Under the pieces are notes generated by a model that saw only the letters and a program-made list of their open reading frames with translations, was not told the DNA's origin and made no database searches. This document shows positions 38,901-50,900 of a DNA stretch of 64,000 nt, in pieces (position 1 is the first letter of the stretch; every line of letters begins with the position of its first letter). The stretch lies in contig MCFE01000317.1 in assembly GCA_002104905.1 (NCBI GenBank), positions 1 to 64,000 on the forward strand, in the 5' to 3' direction. Source of the DNA: Basidiobolus meristosporus CBS 931.73. Its lineage: Eukaryota > Fungi > Basidiobolomycota. The position numbers were made by a program, and so were the translations under genes.

Positions 38901-39912
38901 GAGATTCCTAAGAACGTTTTCATCAGCGTTAACTCTGCCGACATTCCCTTGAGTATACCCTCTAGGTCTATTCATTCGCGGAGATGCAACAGAAGGGGAT
39001 GAACTATCATTAGAGCTAGTTCGAGAGAGAGATACGCTGGAGGGATTATTCGAAACTGAAGGATTATCTGAATGTGATGCGGATGTAGATCTGTCGGTAT
39101 TATTTGATCCCATTCTACGCAAAGGTGGCGGAGCTGGCGGCCTTCTTTTGACCGTAATTGAATTTGTCGGTGGTGGCAGTGATGGAGCATAAGTTTTGAT
39201 GATGGGTGGTGTGGTCATTTCAGGTTTATTAGGGTAACCCGAATTGCTTGTTTCGACGTCGGACTCGTTCTCTTCACTCGATTCACACATTTCCTCGTCA
39301 CTTCCAAGAAAGGGATTTCGTTCAGAGGCCATCTCCTCGTTTGATTCCCCAGGTGTTTCTACCTCCGAGGTGGTTGGGTGTTGAATATCTTCCGACTTTT
39401 TCTGTACTACAGTACTAGGAGCTTTCAGTGGAGCGTACGAACGATAGGGGAAAGAGTGAGGATTTTGAGGCTTCTATAGAAGAACACAAATCACTTTAGA
39501 AAATGCAAAACACTGTTAAAAGCTGAAAGAAGCAACAAGCTACTTTAAACTCGTTAGCCGCTTGCTGAAATCTAGCTTTGATTTCGCTGTAGGCAAGCGG
39601 CGTTTCATCTACTTCGGAATTCTCCTGAATTGATCCTCTTCTAGGAGTAGTGGGCTTGTTCTGATTAGCAGCAGAAAAATGCTGAGGCCTCGTAGGAGAG
39701 GAGTTTGAACGCGCCCTGCTGTCTGAAACTTGCAAGAAATGGTTGTTGTGAGGCCTCATTTTTGCTTCAAAAGCTTGTGCTAATGAACTAACTCCCCCAG
39801 GTTTAGGAGCCGTATCCGAATTGGGAGTTTCCTCCGTAGAGGGAGTCTGGTGAACCTCCGCAGGTCTGGGCGCCAAATAGTTGGGCTTTGGCGGTGGTAT
39901 ACGTGAATTCAT
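35931..39912 (-). CDS. Rho GEF with DH, BAR and C-terminal SH3 domains (Tuba/Gef1-like)
   Basis: DH start KRSKVIQELVDTEVSYLNDL, LFCNLPEV, LLIKPVQRVLKYPLLL, INEIKKRKD; BAR IKKREHKLLDYDRAR, NAQLQDELPKF; SH3 VIYPFQAEHPDEIDL...GWFPSSH. Long Pro/Ser-rich N-terminus; many introns. Confidence 0.9.
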
Positions 39913-40422
39913 CGTACCGTGCGTAGAATGAGTCAGGTATGGAAGACTCTAGTATGGTAAACACAAGAGCCTGAGCTGGTGTAGCAAATATATATATATA
40001 GTGTGGTGTTGATTAATTGACTATAAAAAGCCTCACCAAGAGTGGTATATTCTGTGACAAATAATTTGATTAATTGATTTTCATAATAATTAGCTTCGAC
40101 CTAGATAGAATAACTAAATGCTGGTGTTAAAAATGAGGGGCGCCAATAAGACAGTCAGGCGAATGCATTATTCACCAACGCTCTTCTCCATTATCTCGAC
40201 CATAGACACTGGCCCATATATTGCATTGCGAGGAAAACATGTATTGATGCAAAGAGTTAAATGACAGCGTGCATAGCTATGGGAATATATTACATGTTGG
40301 AGGATTGACACTGAATAGAGAAATAGAAATCGGAAAATGGTGTTCATGATGATGAATAGTTCATACAGATTAGAAATATAGAACAGGCTGAGTGGCATGA
40401 TCGTTAGCATCAATCGAATGGA

Positions 40423-41412
40423 TTACTCGATATCGGCAGCAAACTCGAGGAGCTCTGCCTCGCTGGTTGTATCCGTCCCTGAATCCAACAAGAATCGCCA
40501 AGGCCTTTGATGAACCTTTGGTTTGTATGAGCGTACTATCAAAAGTAGACTGTCTTGCGTCGCCCAAAAGACAGCATCCAATTTAACCCAAGTGAATGTT
40601 GGAGAAAATAGGTGAAGTACAGTTGTAGAGACGGCTACATCCTCTTGGACCTGTTTCATTTTCTCCACAAGAGTGGGAAGCTCATCAGGATGCAGGTATG
40701 TAGCTAGCTGAGATCCTGTAAGCTCAGTACTTGGAATACCCAACAAAAACTCTGCCGATGGGGATGCATATATGATTGCTGGACGCTCGCTACCTCGTTC
40801 AAGAACAAAGCACACACGTGGTTCGGGGTTGATGGGTATATTAGAGTTGCGTAATAGTCGCTGCTGTAAACCATTCAAAAGCATTTCATGGCTTTGCCTC
40901 CAATTCTGTTTGACACGGAAATCAGACGTAAATATCAAGCAAAATAGCATAATGTTCGACGTTTACCTTAGCTGAAACGTCTCCGTGCAAACTGAACTCA
41001 AACCACTCGTCAACTTTCTTGTGAGGCTCTTCAAAAACCCATTTAGAAATCGGCCAAAATACCAGTACAACCATAAAAGATACGTACTGATTTGATTCAC
41101 CGGTACGAATCTGATTACTCGCTTTGTATAGCAACAACATCCCATCGCATCAACATTCACCCAGGACCCATTCTTGTGCTTGATATGAAAGGTAAAGCCA
41201 GAAAGGAAGATGTCGCGAACTAACGTATACACAGAAAAAAGGTGCATAGAGGCTGCCTGATCAGGATGGCAATAGTCTAGGAATTTCTGGCCGACTAGCT
41301 CATCTGGGCGATATCCGAGCAGTTCAGTAACTCCGTTGGAGATGTATATAAAGCGTGGCTCCATATTTTGCTCAATGAAGGCAAAAAAATCCGGTACCTT
41401 TGCTGTGGCCAT
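40423..41412 (-). CDS. Stand-alone tandem-PAS protein (copy 2)
   Basis: MATAKV...FIYISNGVTELLGYRPDELVGQKFLDYCHP...HIKHKNGSWV; middle exon KPHKKVDEWFEFSLHGDVSAK; PAS2 EPRVCFVL...IYASPSAEFLLG...YLHPDE. Confidence 0.85.
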
Positions 41413-42026
41413 TGAGATATCGAAGGGGACTTTTTCGTTTGGAATACAATAGGAAATGAGGGGTGAAGGAACAACAAGGTTTGCTTGACCGAAAATGAGG
41501 ATGTTACAATAATACGAAATGTACAGGAGATATAGATAACTTAATAAACACTCAGAGATAGACCAAGACTTTAAGTGATAAGCATAGAGTGCAGTTTGCC
41601 AGGATGGGAAGTACAATATATACCTGAGTACGTTAGTTCCCAACAATATCTATCTGGAAAGTCCCATATGATAAAAGCAAGATCCTAAACTTTAATCAGC
41701 TCTATGCATGCTACAGCACTAGGAATTGTTCTGTGGAAACTTATTGGCTCTGTGTCATCCAACACTACTGGAGTACCCATATATCAGGTTCAATAATTAA
41801 ATCATTGTGAATTGCCCACGATGAACGAATAATTGTTAGATAATTGTCGTTGATTGATAGAGACCAACGGATTGTAGTGGTACAATAGCAACTATACAAT
41901 CGTTCCATATCTCTGGTCTATGTTGAGTTGTTGCAATAGAACAATTTTAGTTATTGCGAGGGAATCTTTATATGATGCATTGGTTGTGGGGTAAACAGCT
42001 ACGTTCTAGTGCGTACAATAAACCTT

Positions 42027-42386
42027 TCAATCCGAGTATCCATAGGAATCTTCCGAATCCGAAGAGTCATCATACGCAGCAGCATCACTCTGAAGCTGCT
42101 GGAAACATTTCATGCAGCAGGCATTCTCTTTGCTCTTACGTTGTTTCTTCGAAAACTCCGAGGAAAGTTTCAATTTATCGCATAGTTTGCAGGTGAGTTG
42201 TGTGGTTGAGGAGGCAGTACATTTCTTACAAGTGGGTCTGTGTTGACGCACATAGGAGCCTTTGTATACTTGGGATTCGAGGGCCTTTTTGAACTGGGAT
42301 TGGGAGAAATCTTGTGCGTACTTGCTTTGCTTGCAAGCGAAGCAATAAACTAAATTATGGTTTTCGTGGTCGACTTGAGCGTTCAT
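42027..42386 (-). CDS. Stc1-domain tandem zinc-finger protein
   Basis: CFACKQSKYAQDFSQSQ...CKKC...LTCKLCDKLKLSSEFSKKQRK...CCMKC: four CxxC pairs with repeated FSxxQ motifs, then an acidic tail (DDSSDSED). Confidence 0.82.
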   Translation of the reverse strand: MNAQVDHENHNLVYCFACKQSKYAQDFSQSQFKKALESQVYKGSYVRQHRPTCKKCTASSTTQLTCKLCDKLKLSSEFSKKQRKSKENACCMKCFQQLQSDAAAYDDSSDSEDSYGYSD

Positions 42387-42853
42387 TTGGACTTGTTCTT
42401 TCAACGGAGGGAGCGCCAGCTTTCCTAGAATCGGTTCAATCAGCAGAATTCAGAAAATTGGCTCATTTACCAGAGTCAGATGATGTAATTGGCTATATTT
42501 CATCGAAACTAATGGTAGGAGAAGTTTTTATGCAAATGCAGGATTTCTAAGCCCCAAGGGAGCACCACTAATGTCAAGATAGGCAGTTCTCTGAAGTGGA
42601 AATATGGGAAGTCTCACTGCAGCAGAAAAACTAGATCCGATACAAGCTTCTGGTTCTCTATAATCAAATCAATACTAAGGTTACAAACTGGTTGGGGCTT
42701 GCTGTGATCCAATGCAATTGATAACATGGCTGAGCAGACAAGCAGTAAATTTAATAGGTGATTACCGAAGCTTAAAATCACTCACCATGAGATGGAACCA
42801 ATCAGCTCAGCATAAAGGACTTGTTACATGCCATATTAATTATCGTCAAATAA

Positions 42854-42880
42854 GGAATTGTGTGGAATTGTGTGGAATTG
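42854..42880. repeat. Short tandem repeat (GGAATTGTGT) x about 2.7
   Basis: ggaattgtgt ggaattgtgt ggaattg seen directly in an intergenic region. Confidence 0.7.
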
Positions 42881-43004
42881 ACGTTAATGGTTACTGTATC
42901 ATCAAGAATAGCAGATACGATGGCCAATTGTTTTGTGCAAAGGATTCATTTAAAGACGAGTGATTCCATTCAGGATTCCTTGTTTTCTGTACGGTAAACC
43001 CTCC

Positions 43005-44063
43005 ATGCCTGACCTCTCAAAATTAAACAGTAAATATGGTGACTATGTTGAATGCTTAGTTGGTGTGTATTCCTTTGTTTGCTGAGTAGGATTCCCTTTG
43101 TAACATTCCTACTTTATAGATGCGGTCGAATATACCATTGAGAATATTTGGTATGCTGAAACGTCCTTGTCACGCACCAAGAGGCTGCTATTGAGAGCCT
43201 TTGTTCGTGAAACTATCAAAAGTTCCCGTGTGTTTTACTCTACGGTGATGATTTCTTTACTCTATCTTTATCGTATCAAACGGTTGATTGGTTTGGATTC
43301 GTCGCTCGTAATCTCACAGATTCTTGATAGTCGCCACTTACCAAAGCTTCTCTTTGACATTGATTATTTCAGCGAAGACCTCTCTACACCTCTATTTATC
43401 AGCAGCGGCCAGCCTACAGACGCCTCATTCTCATGCAACTCCGAAGCTCGTTACAATAGCGCCCGTTCCTTCTTTATCGGTGCTATTATCGCTGCCTCGA
43501 AGTTTCATCAGGAGCGTTCCCCCACAAACTATGAGTGGGCACGTTTTTCGAAGATGAGCGTGCACGAAGTAGGTCTGACCGAGGTCACCTTTTTACAATG
43601 TTTAAATTATCAACTGTTTGTTCCTGTCCACGAATATGAGTTGTGGTCTGAGCAGTTGATGCGTGAAGTTCGTACCTATAAGGTCAATTCAAGTCTTCCA
43701 GTAAGAGAGCGATCCATTGGCTATACCAAGCTCCATTCAAGCCGGAGCGTTGTCTCAGCCAATCTTTCAAGTTCCTTACCTGTACGGTGCCCCTATCCCT
43801 CACAGGTTTCCAGCCCATCCCTTTCGGATAAACGAGTGTCTCGGCGATTTAAACAACCGCTCAGAGGTGCCCATTTACTTTACAGCTGTAATCAGCGTTC
43901 ACAAGAGAAGCTTGAGACGTTGTCGGATCATGGTACACCACTGCCTCGGGATTACGACCCAAAAGTCCTTTATACATCGAGAACTCCGGAGTGTTACAAT
44001 CGATCACTTCGCCTGCACTCGTATCGCACTCAGCTCATCCATGATTTATCCGCCTCATATTAA
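43005..44063 (+). CDS. Pho80/Pcl-family cyclin (Pcl5/Clg1-like)
   Basis: Short first exon from ATG 43005 splices in frame (..CLV|DAVEYTIENIW). Cyclin box FVRETIKSSRVFYSTVMISLLYLYRI...FIGAIIAASKFHQERSPTNYEWARFS...EVTFLQCLNYQLFV. Confidence 0.88.
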
Positions 44064-44388
44064 CTGAAAATTAGCCGTCTAATACCATCTTTCTGTTTAC
44101 TTTTCATTCACACTCAAGATATATATTAGCATCCTCGAAGCGCTATTTTTATTAATTCTATATTTCACAATATTATGTTAATAGGGAGGACTAGCCGAAG
44201 CTGGTCAAGCCTACTCCGCAAATATATTAGATTACGCCATATACAAGCTGGTCACTGATCATGTTACTAGGTGGACTTCCATTGCCTTAAAAGCAATGCT
44301 CTGCCTACCCTCAGAATCAGACGAAGTCTTGGTGGTTTCTTATGTTACCAGACTTACTATCAGGATTAACTTCCATATCCACCATATG

Positions 44389-44772
44389 TCAAAGCAATCT
44401 CTTTTCATCCTCTATCCAGATTTGTATAGTATGCGATCGAATTAGTTGCTGAAGTATATTCACATCAACCTTAACCCAAACCACCTGCTTTTCTTGCCTT
44501 AACCAGCATCGATAAAAGTATGATTCCAATTGATCTTTGGTGATGTTCTTTGTGTGGAAGTAGAAATCATTATTGCGCCCAGCAAGCTGATTCCGAGTCC
44601 AAATTAGGATTAAGCCATCTGTTATATTCTCTTTGGGTTGATGGTCTGCTCTCTTGGTTGGTGATGTTGTCTGAGGTTGTCTAGAAATGGCCACTCTGTA
44701 TGCACTTGCCAAATTCAGTTTGCTGGTGGATATTACGATCATTGAAACAATAGATTGGCACCATTGGTCCAT
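44389..44772 (-). CDS. Hypothetical protein divergent from the CHD gene
   Basis: 127-aa ATG ORF with globular-looking composition, about 180 nt head-to-head with the gene at 44954. Confidence 0.45.
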   Translation of the reverse strand: MDQWCQSIVSMIVISTSKLNLASAYRVAISRQPQTTSPTKRADHQPKENITDGLILIWTRNQLAGRNNDFYFHTKNITKDQLESYFYRCWLRQEKQVVWVKVDVNILQQLIRSHTIQIWIEDEKRLL

Positions 44773-44953
44773 TGTGCTGGTGGTGAATCGTTATTTGTTG
44801 ACTATCTACAAGCCAATCACTCCCCAATGTCTCCTACCCTCACAAGATGTGTAAATTACTACAAAGTTAATTCAATCCAGAAATATATGAACCAAATAAA
44901 TCCGCTAAATTTACATTTCTTGATGCATCAGTAACGCGAGTTTCGTTTGCAGC

Positions 44954-47900
44954 ATGCGGAAGGATTCGGTTTCCGAAGGCCCATCATTTTCAACGACACC
45001 AAGCATACTGAGCAACCGGATTCCACATAGCGCGGAGACACTTCTATCGAAACGCAACAAGCCTGAAGGTTTATATTATTTGGTGAAATGGCAGAATTGC
45101 CCAACTGAGAAATCGACCTGGGAACATGAATCGCAGTTGCCGCATTATTTCTCTTCCTTGAGCCAAGTTCAAGAAGAGGAGAACCTTTTGAACAAATCTC
45201 CATTCTTGTATACATTCGACAAGATCGAGACTGCTTGTAATCTAACCCTTGAACAAAAAGTCTTTGCCTCTCTTGAAATGCAGATTGGCTTGCTTACAAG
45301 AACCACGCGATATTATCAAGAGCTCTTTGAAAAACTAATTTCCCCCAATGTCTCTACACAGGTCAAAGATAGCGTGTTATTGTTCTGCCTCGATTTATTC
45401 GAACCGAACGATGCTGATGACTCCTTTCTTGGCTTTGAGAGTGCCCCCTCAGCTATTGCTCCATCCTACATCGAAAAGGTGACATCGGAAGATGAGAGTA
45501 CAACGGCCGCAGAATCTGGCAATTCTGAATCAGATTCCCTATTTTCTTCTTCACAGCACGACATCGAAGAAAGATCCTTGTTTGAGACTAGTACTCGTCG
45601 AAAAATTCGAAGACTACATAAAAATTCCAATATTCAACAGGACGATTCGGTGAAAGCATTGAGAGTTCTTGCTCGAAGTAAGACTAAAGGTGGAAAAGTA
45701 AAATTTCAATTGTACTGGAGTAATGGCACAACATCTTGGGTAGGTTAGGAGTGAATTTCATGAACTCGGAGTCTATTCTATCAATTGATGTTGGTATTTA
45801 CGTGTGTGTTGTTGCAGGTACCTATCTCGAAACTTGATCAGTTCATGCATCTGGTTGAAGAATATGAACATTTGGAGTTCAGTAAATACGATATGAGGTC
45901 ACCTAAATCCACCAGAAGAAGGAGAACCTCACAACACAAGCAACGCTCTAATCATCGGCATAGAGCAGACCCAAGTGTAGGCACCTTCAGCGACATTATT
46001 GCTGAATCGGATTGGTCTGAAGTGGAAACAGGAATATTGGATGCTAACTTTAAGCTATATCGTTCAAGCTGTAACTATTATTTGTATATACCATTGAATG
46101 ATATTCGACACTAAAGGCTAATAATTCGAATATAGGTACCAATAATGCTAACCGGCTTACTCGAAGTCCAGAAGACAAAGAACGTTTATCGCACTCTCGC
46201 AAATCACCCTTACCTATAGTAAATCAGTTGTCAGATATGCGACATACCAATCGTACAAAAGCCTCCATAAACTATTCTGATATGGGTTATTCTACTACTG
46301 ACGAGAGTAGCTCGGATCTGGAGCCACCTATTTCCAGTGGACATGTTCAACCACGCAATGTACATAACAAGGAATACATTATTTCTAATACGTCTCTAAA
46401 GACCCCTAATTCTTCGCCTATTGCACCGAAATACCCACAACGTACTTCTCTACCACCTGAGCAAGAGCATGATGATCCTTGTATTTTGCAAGGAAAACCA
46501 AAATCCCAGACATACGAGAAGCCGTTCAAGCGCACTATAAATGCTCAGGGTAGTGCGCTTAAAAGTAGAAATTCCGGCACTACTGATGAAGAATTGCAAA
46601 TATCCTCGAATTCTATAAATCCACACACAGAAAATATGCCAAAAGCCACCTTTTACGCACAGAGCCACGATGCCGATACGAGGAAAGAAAGCACTATGAG
46701 CAACGAACAAGCACCTCCTGAAGCCAAGAGAGGTACAAAGACGTCTATCCAGACTTTGCCTAAACACTTCCAAATACGCCTACCGAGCACAAAAATTTCA
46801 CAGCACAGCTGTTGGAGAGAGGTGATGTGAACGAAGCTGATATCGCTCACATGCAGCATTATGAAAAGGAGGACATAGAGCTTAAACGTTGCTATATATG
46901 TGGAGATAATGGCGCTATTGGTGACATCTCGAATTTTCCGGATATAGATACCGTGCTAGATGATACACTTCTATCGTGTGATAGATGTTCGTTTATTGCC
47001 CACAAAAAATGCATTTGCTCAGCACTTGGAACTATCACACTTGAAAATGGAATTTGCCAGCGAGTGCTGCTGCATAGCGATAGCAGTGATGTGGAATCAG
47101 AATTGGCAAGCACCAGTACGATCACCGTATGGCACTGTGACAACTGTATAAAATGGCCCAACGATATTGAGAGGATATTAACTTATCGTAAAAGCCAGGG
47201 TATCACAGAGTTTCAAGAGAGCCCAAAGAAGAAAACGAAAGCCACCAACAACCTTGGTTCTGAGACGGTTAGAGAGTACTTGGTGAAATTCAAAGGCTTA
47301 TCCTACCATCAACTCGCGTGGGTTCCCTCGAGGTGGCTTCGTCATATTGCCCCTATTCGCTATCGGAATTTTGAGAGGAAAGATATCGAGCCTCAAACGG
47401 TAGCCGACGTTGTTAAAGACCAGTGGTATTATGTAGATGAAATCCTAGACGCCCAATTATGCAAACCTGTAGTTGCTGCCTCTCCACAGGATGTATTAAG
47501 AATATACGCCAAATGGAAAGATCTACCTTACGAAGAGTCTACTTGGGATGATCCGCCAAAACCAGAATCCGTGTTTTACACCGCTTATGTCCAAGCTTTC
47601 AATCGGTACCTAGAATCGATGAAAATGGAAGCGTACACTTCAACGGATGTCAAATCGCTGAGTTTTAAGGAGTTGCATTCCCAGCCGCCATTTATAAATA
47701 ATGGAAAGCTAATGAAACATCAACTTGACGGTTTGAATTGGCTTCTTTATAAATGGAAGAACCGTTGTTCTTGTATCCTAGCTGATGATATGGGCCTGGG
47801 GAAAACAATTCAAATCATATCATTTTTATCTGTACTTTATAATGCTCATGCTGTCCGTAATTTCCTGTTGGTGGTTCCGAACTCTGTAACCTCCAACTGG

Positions 47901-50900
47901 TTGAAAGAGCTTCTGAAATGGGCTCCGAATCTGATCGTTACCCCGTACTATGGAACAAACACGAACCGCGATGTACTGCGTCGACACAAACTGTTCAAAA
48001 ACAATGACGACAGGCCTGCTCAACTTAAGTGCCACGCAGTAGTAACTACCTACGAATCTATGATATCCGATGCAGACATCCTTTCCCGTATAGTACCATG
48101 GGAAGTGCTTGTTGTAGATGAAGGCCATCGACTGAAAAATGAAAGCAGCCGTTTATTCGTTCAACTGAATAAGTTGACTGTCAGACACAAAATATTGTTA
48201 ACTGGAACACCTCTGCAGAACGATATGAATGAGCTTTTTAACCTGATGAGTTTCGTTGATCCGAAGATATTCGCTCAAAAAGAAAAAATGGCAGTTGAAT
48301 ACCAGAAGTTGACTAAGGCGCGAGTCGAGGAATTGCACAGCATGCTAAAGCCATACTTCTTAAGGAGAACTAAAGAAGAAGTACTACAGTCCTTGCCTAA
48401 GAAGATTGAAGTTATCGTCCCAATAGGCATGAGTGCCGTACAGAAGGAGCTGTACAAGGGAATCTTAAGCCAAAACCACGATCTGCTCAAATCTATTCTT
48501 GGTGTTGGGAAAGCCTCAGGCCCAATTCGTAAAACAACTCTTGTGAACACTCTGGTAGAGCTCCGAAAATGCCTCAATCATCCGTACTTGTTGGATGGAG
48601 TTGAAGAAACGGATGAATCTGCTGAGCTTGTTCAAGAAAGACTGGTCGCTGCCTCCGCGAAACTATCTCTTCTCCATCTGCTATTACCACGGCTTAAACA
48701 AGAGGGTCACAGAGTTCTTATATTCTCACAAATGACTCGAATGTTAGATATACTCGAAGACTATTTAACCTACGAAGGTTACAAATACTGTAGGCTTGAC
48801 GGTGGTACTCCAAACGACTTGAGACAACAGCTTGTAGATGCTTACAATGAGCCTAATTCCGACCTTTTCATATTTCTACTTTCCACTCGAGCTGGTGGAG
48901 TTGGATTAAATCTGGCTACTGCTGATACCGTTATTATTTATGACCCCGATTTCAATCCGCACGCCGATCTACAAGCTCTGAGTCGAGCGCATCGTATCGG
49001 ACAGGAGAAGCGAGTGCTTGTTCTTAAACTTGTAACACGAAACTCTGCTGAGGAGCGCATTCTACAAGTCGGAAAGAAGAAATTGGTCATGGATCACCTG
49101 GTAATTGAGCGAATGGATAATAAAGATATGAAAAACTCGGAGGTCGACAGCATCCTAAGGTTTGGTGCAAAGGCTCTTTTTGCCGAGGATGTTGAGCCTG
49201 CCCAGACTACCATCAAGTACGACGAGAGCGCTATCACATCACTTCTGTCAAGAGTCGCAGAAGGTCCCGAAGCTGATCAAATCAGCATGGAGTCCGGTTC
49301 AAATGGATTCGGGTTTGCAAAAATCTGGTCCGGAGACGCCGCCGTTTTACAAGAAAATGACGAAGACTACTGGATACGAATCCTCCACAATAGGCTAGCC
49401 AAAACTGAGAAAAAGGAAGCCCCTCAATATGGCCGCGGCTCAAGGAAAAGAGTAAAGGTATGTACTTGTTCGGTCATTAACTGACGTTGCGATCTAAGAA
49501 TTTGAACTATGTAGACAACTCGGGTACCTGATATGGCCATCGATACAGGTGAAGACTCTTCTTCGTATATGGACGACGATGAGGAATCGAATACCTTGGA
49601 TACTGAATATCCTGGAATAGCGGACAAATCCAAGCTTCAAAGTAAGCAAAGAATGAAACCAAAAAGTGCAAGAAAAGTATTTAGCCCAGTATCAAAGCCG
49701 CCTTCTCTGGCACCAATATCAAGTGTTGGAGCGCAATCTGCTCGTACTGTAGTAGAAACTGCTTTGCTGAAAACCGACACAAATTTACAAACGTCGAGGC
49801 CTGAAGTTGGAATCATCGATCCTCGATCCAGGCCAAATTCACAACTGCCTGGAACAAATATACCTCTCGACACACCTATCCGTTCCAATGCGGTTAGAAC
49901 GCCTTCAACTTTCAACGCGATGACCCCTCGATATCTATCGTTCAATCCAACTCCTGCAAACCAGCCATTACTTAGTCGTGAAGAGATATTCCTGCATTTG
50001 ACTTCGATTGGGGCTTACGATCCTTACACTAAACAATCTCTTGTAACCCCTTTCGTAATGCCCAACGGTGAGATCAAATATTTTGCACATGGTGCTGGCT
50101 ATATGAACATGCAGCAAATGTTGATGTATGTTCGCCAAGTCAAGAATCGACTTCTTGGCCATGCTCGCACACCTCTCCCAAGTATTCAATCTCATGCGAT
50201 ATCCAATAGTGTTGGAAATGTCAGCGTGAACCATAACGTGTACAACAGGGGTAATTCCCAACCAGCCACATATTCACGCACTGGTGCAGACTCATACCGT
50301 GGCGTAAATTCAACCACAAACCAGGCCTTGGACTTTCGCTTGAACTCGGCCTCACATACGAATCTACCGTCTACCTCCAATATGCCTCTAGCTCTAAGCA
50401 GCCACCGAAGTCAACATGTTGACTCGCAAACCTATCGAGGTTCAACTTCAAACTCGGGCTATCCTTCTGTGGCTACCCCTACACAGCGAATCACAGGAAA
50501 ACAGACTGTCTGTATGCTATGCTTTCTCCCTAACCATACGGATACAACGTGTCCATATCGTCAAGATCTTGCTTGGCTTACTCGCCAATTCTCCGTAATC
50601 ATAAATATCAAGCCAGCTGAGCTCCCTCGGAAGACCCTGGTTCTGAATCTTCTGAAGTATTATATATCCTTGGAAAGGCAGAAACAACTTCAAGGAACGA
50701 ATCAGTCTGAATTGTCAGTTTGTGGATCAGCCAACCAATGTGGGCAAGCACAATCGTCCAGACGCAGCACAGTCTCTGTAGGTTATCTCGATCAAAGCGC
50801 CAAGACATCGACACAAGCTCCCCCACGACTTCATTCGAATACTGTCGTGTTAGATGATGATAGTCAACCCATAGGAATATATGCTCAGCTGGAATGCAAA

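Noticed and set aside
31094-39912. Chitin synthase, MATH-BTB and RhoGEF as a functional cell-wall cluster
   Set aside because: Plausible thematically, but adjacency alone in a gene-dense genome is not evidence.
42854-42880. Direct repeats as a CRISPR-like or telomere-like array
   Set aside because: Under three 10-nt units with no spacers in a eukaryotic genome; a simple tandem duplication.
46804-46830. Overlapping out-of-frame ORFs (46228..46830 and 46812..49484) suggesting a programmed frameshift
   Set aside because: Fully explained by a canonical 71-nt phase-1 intron at 46733..46803.
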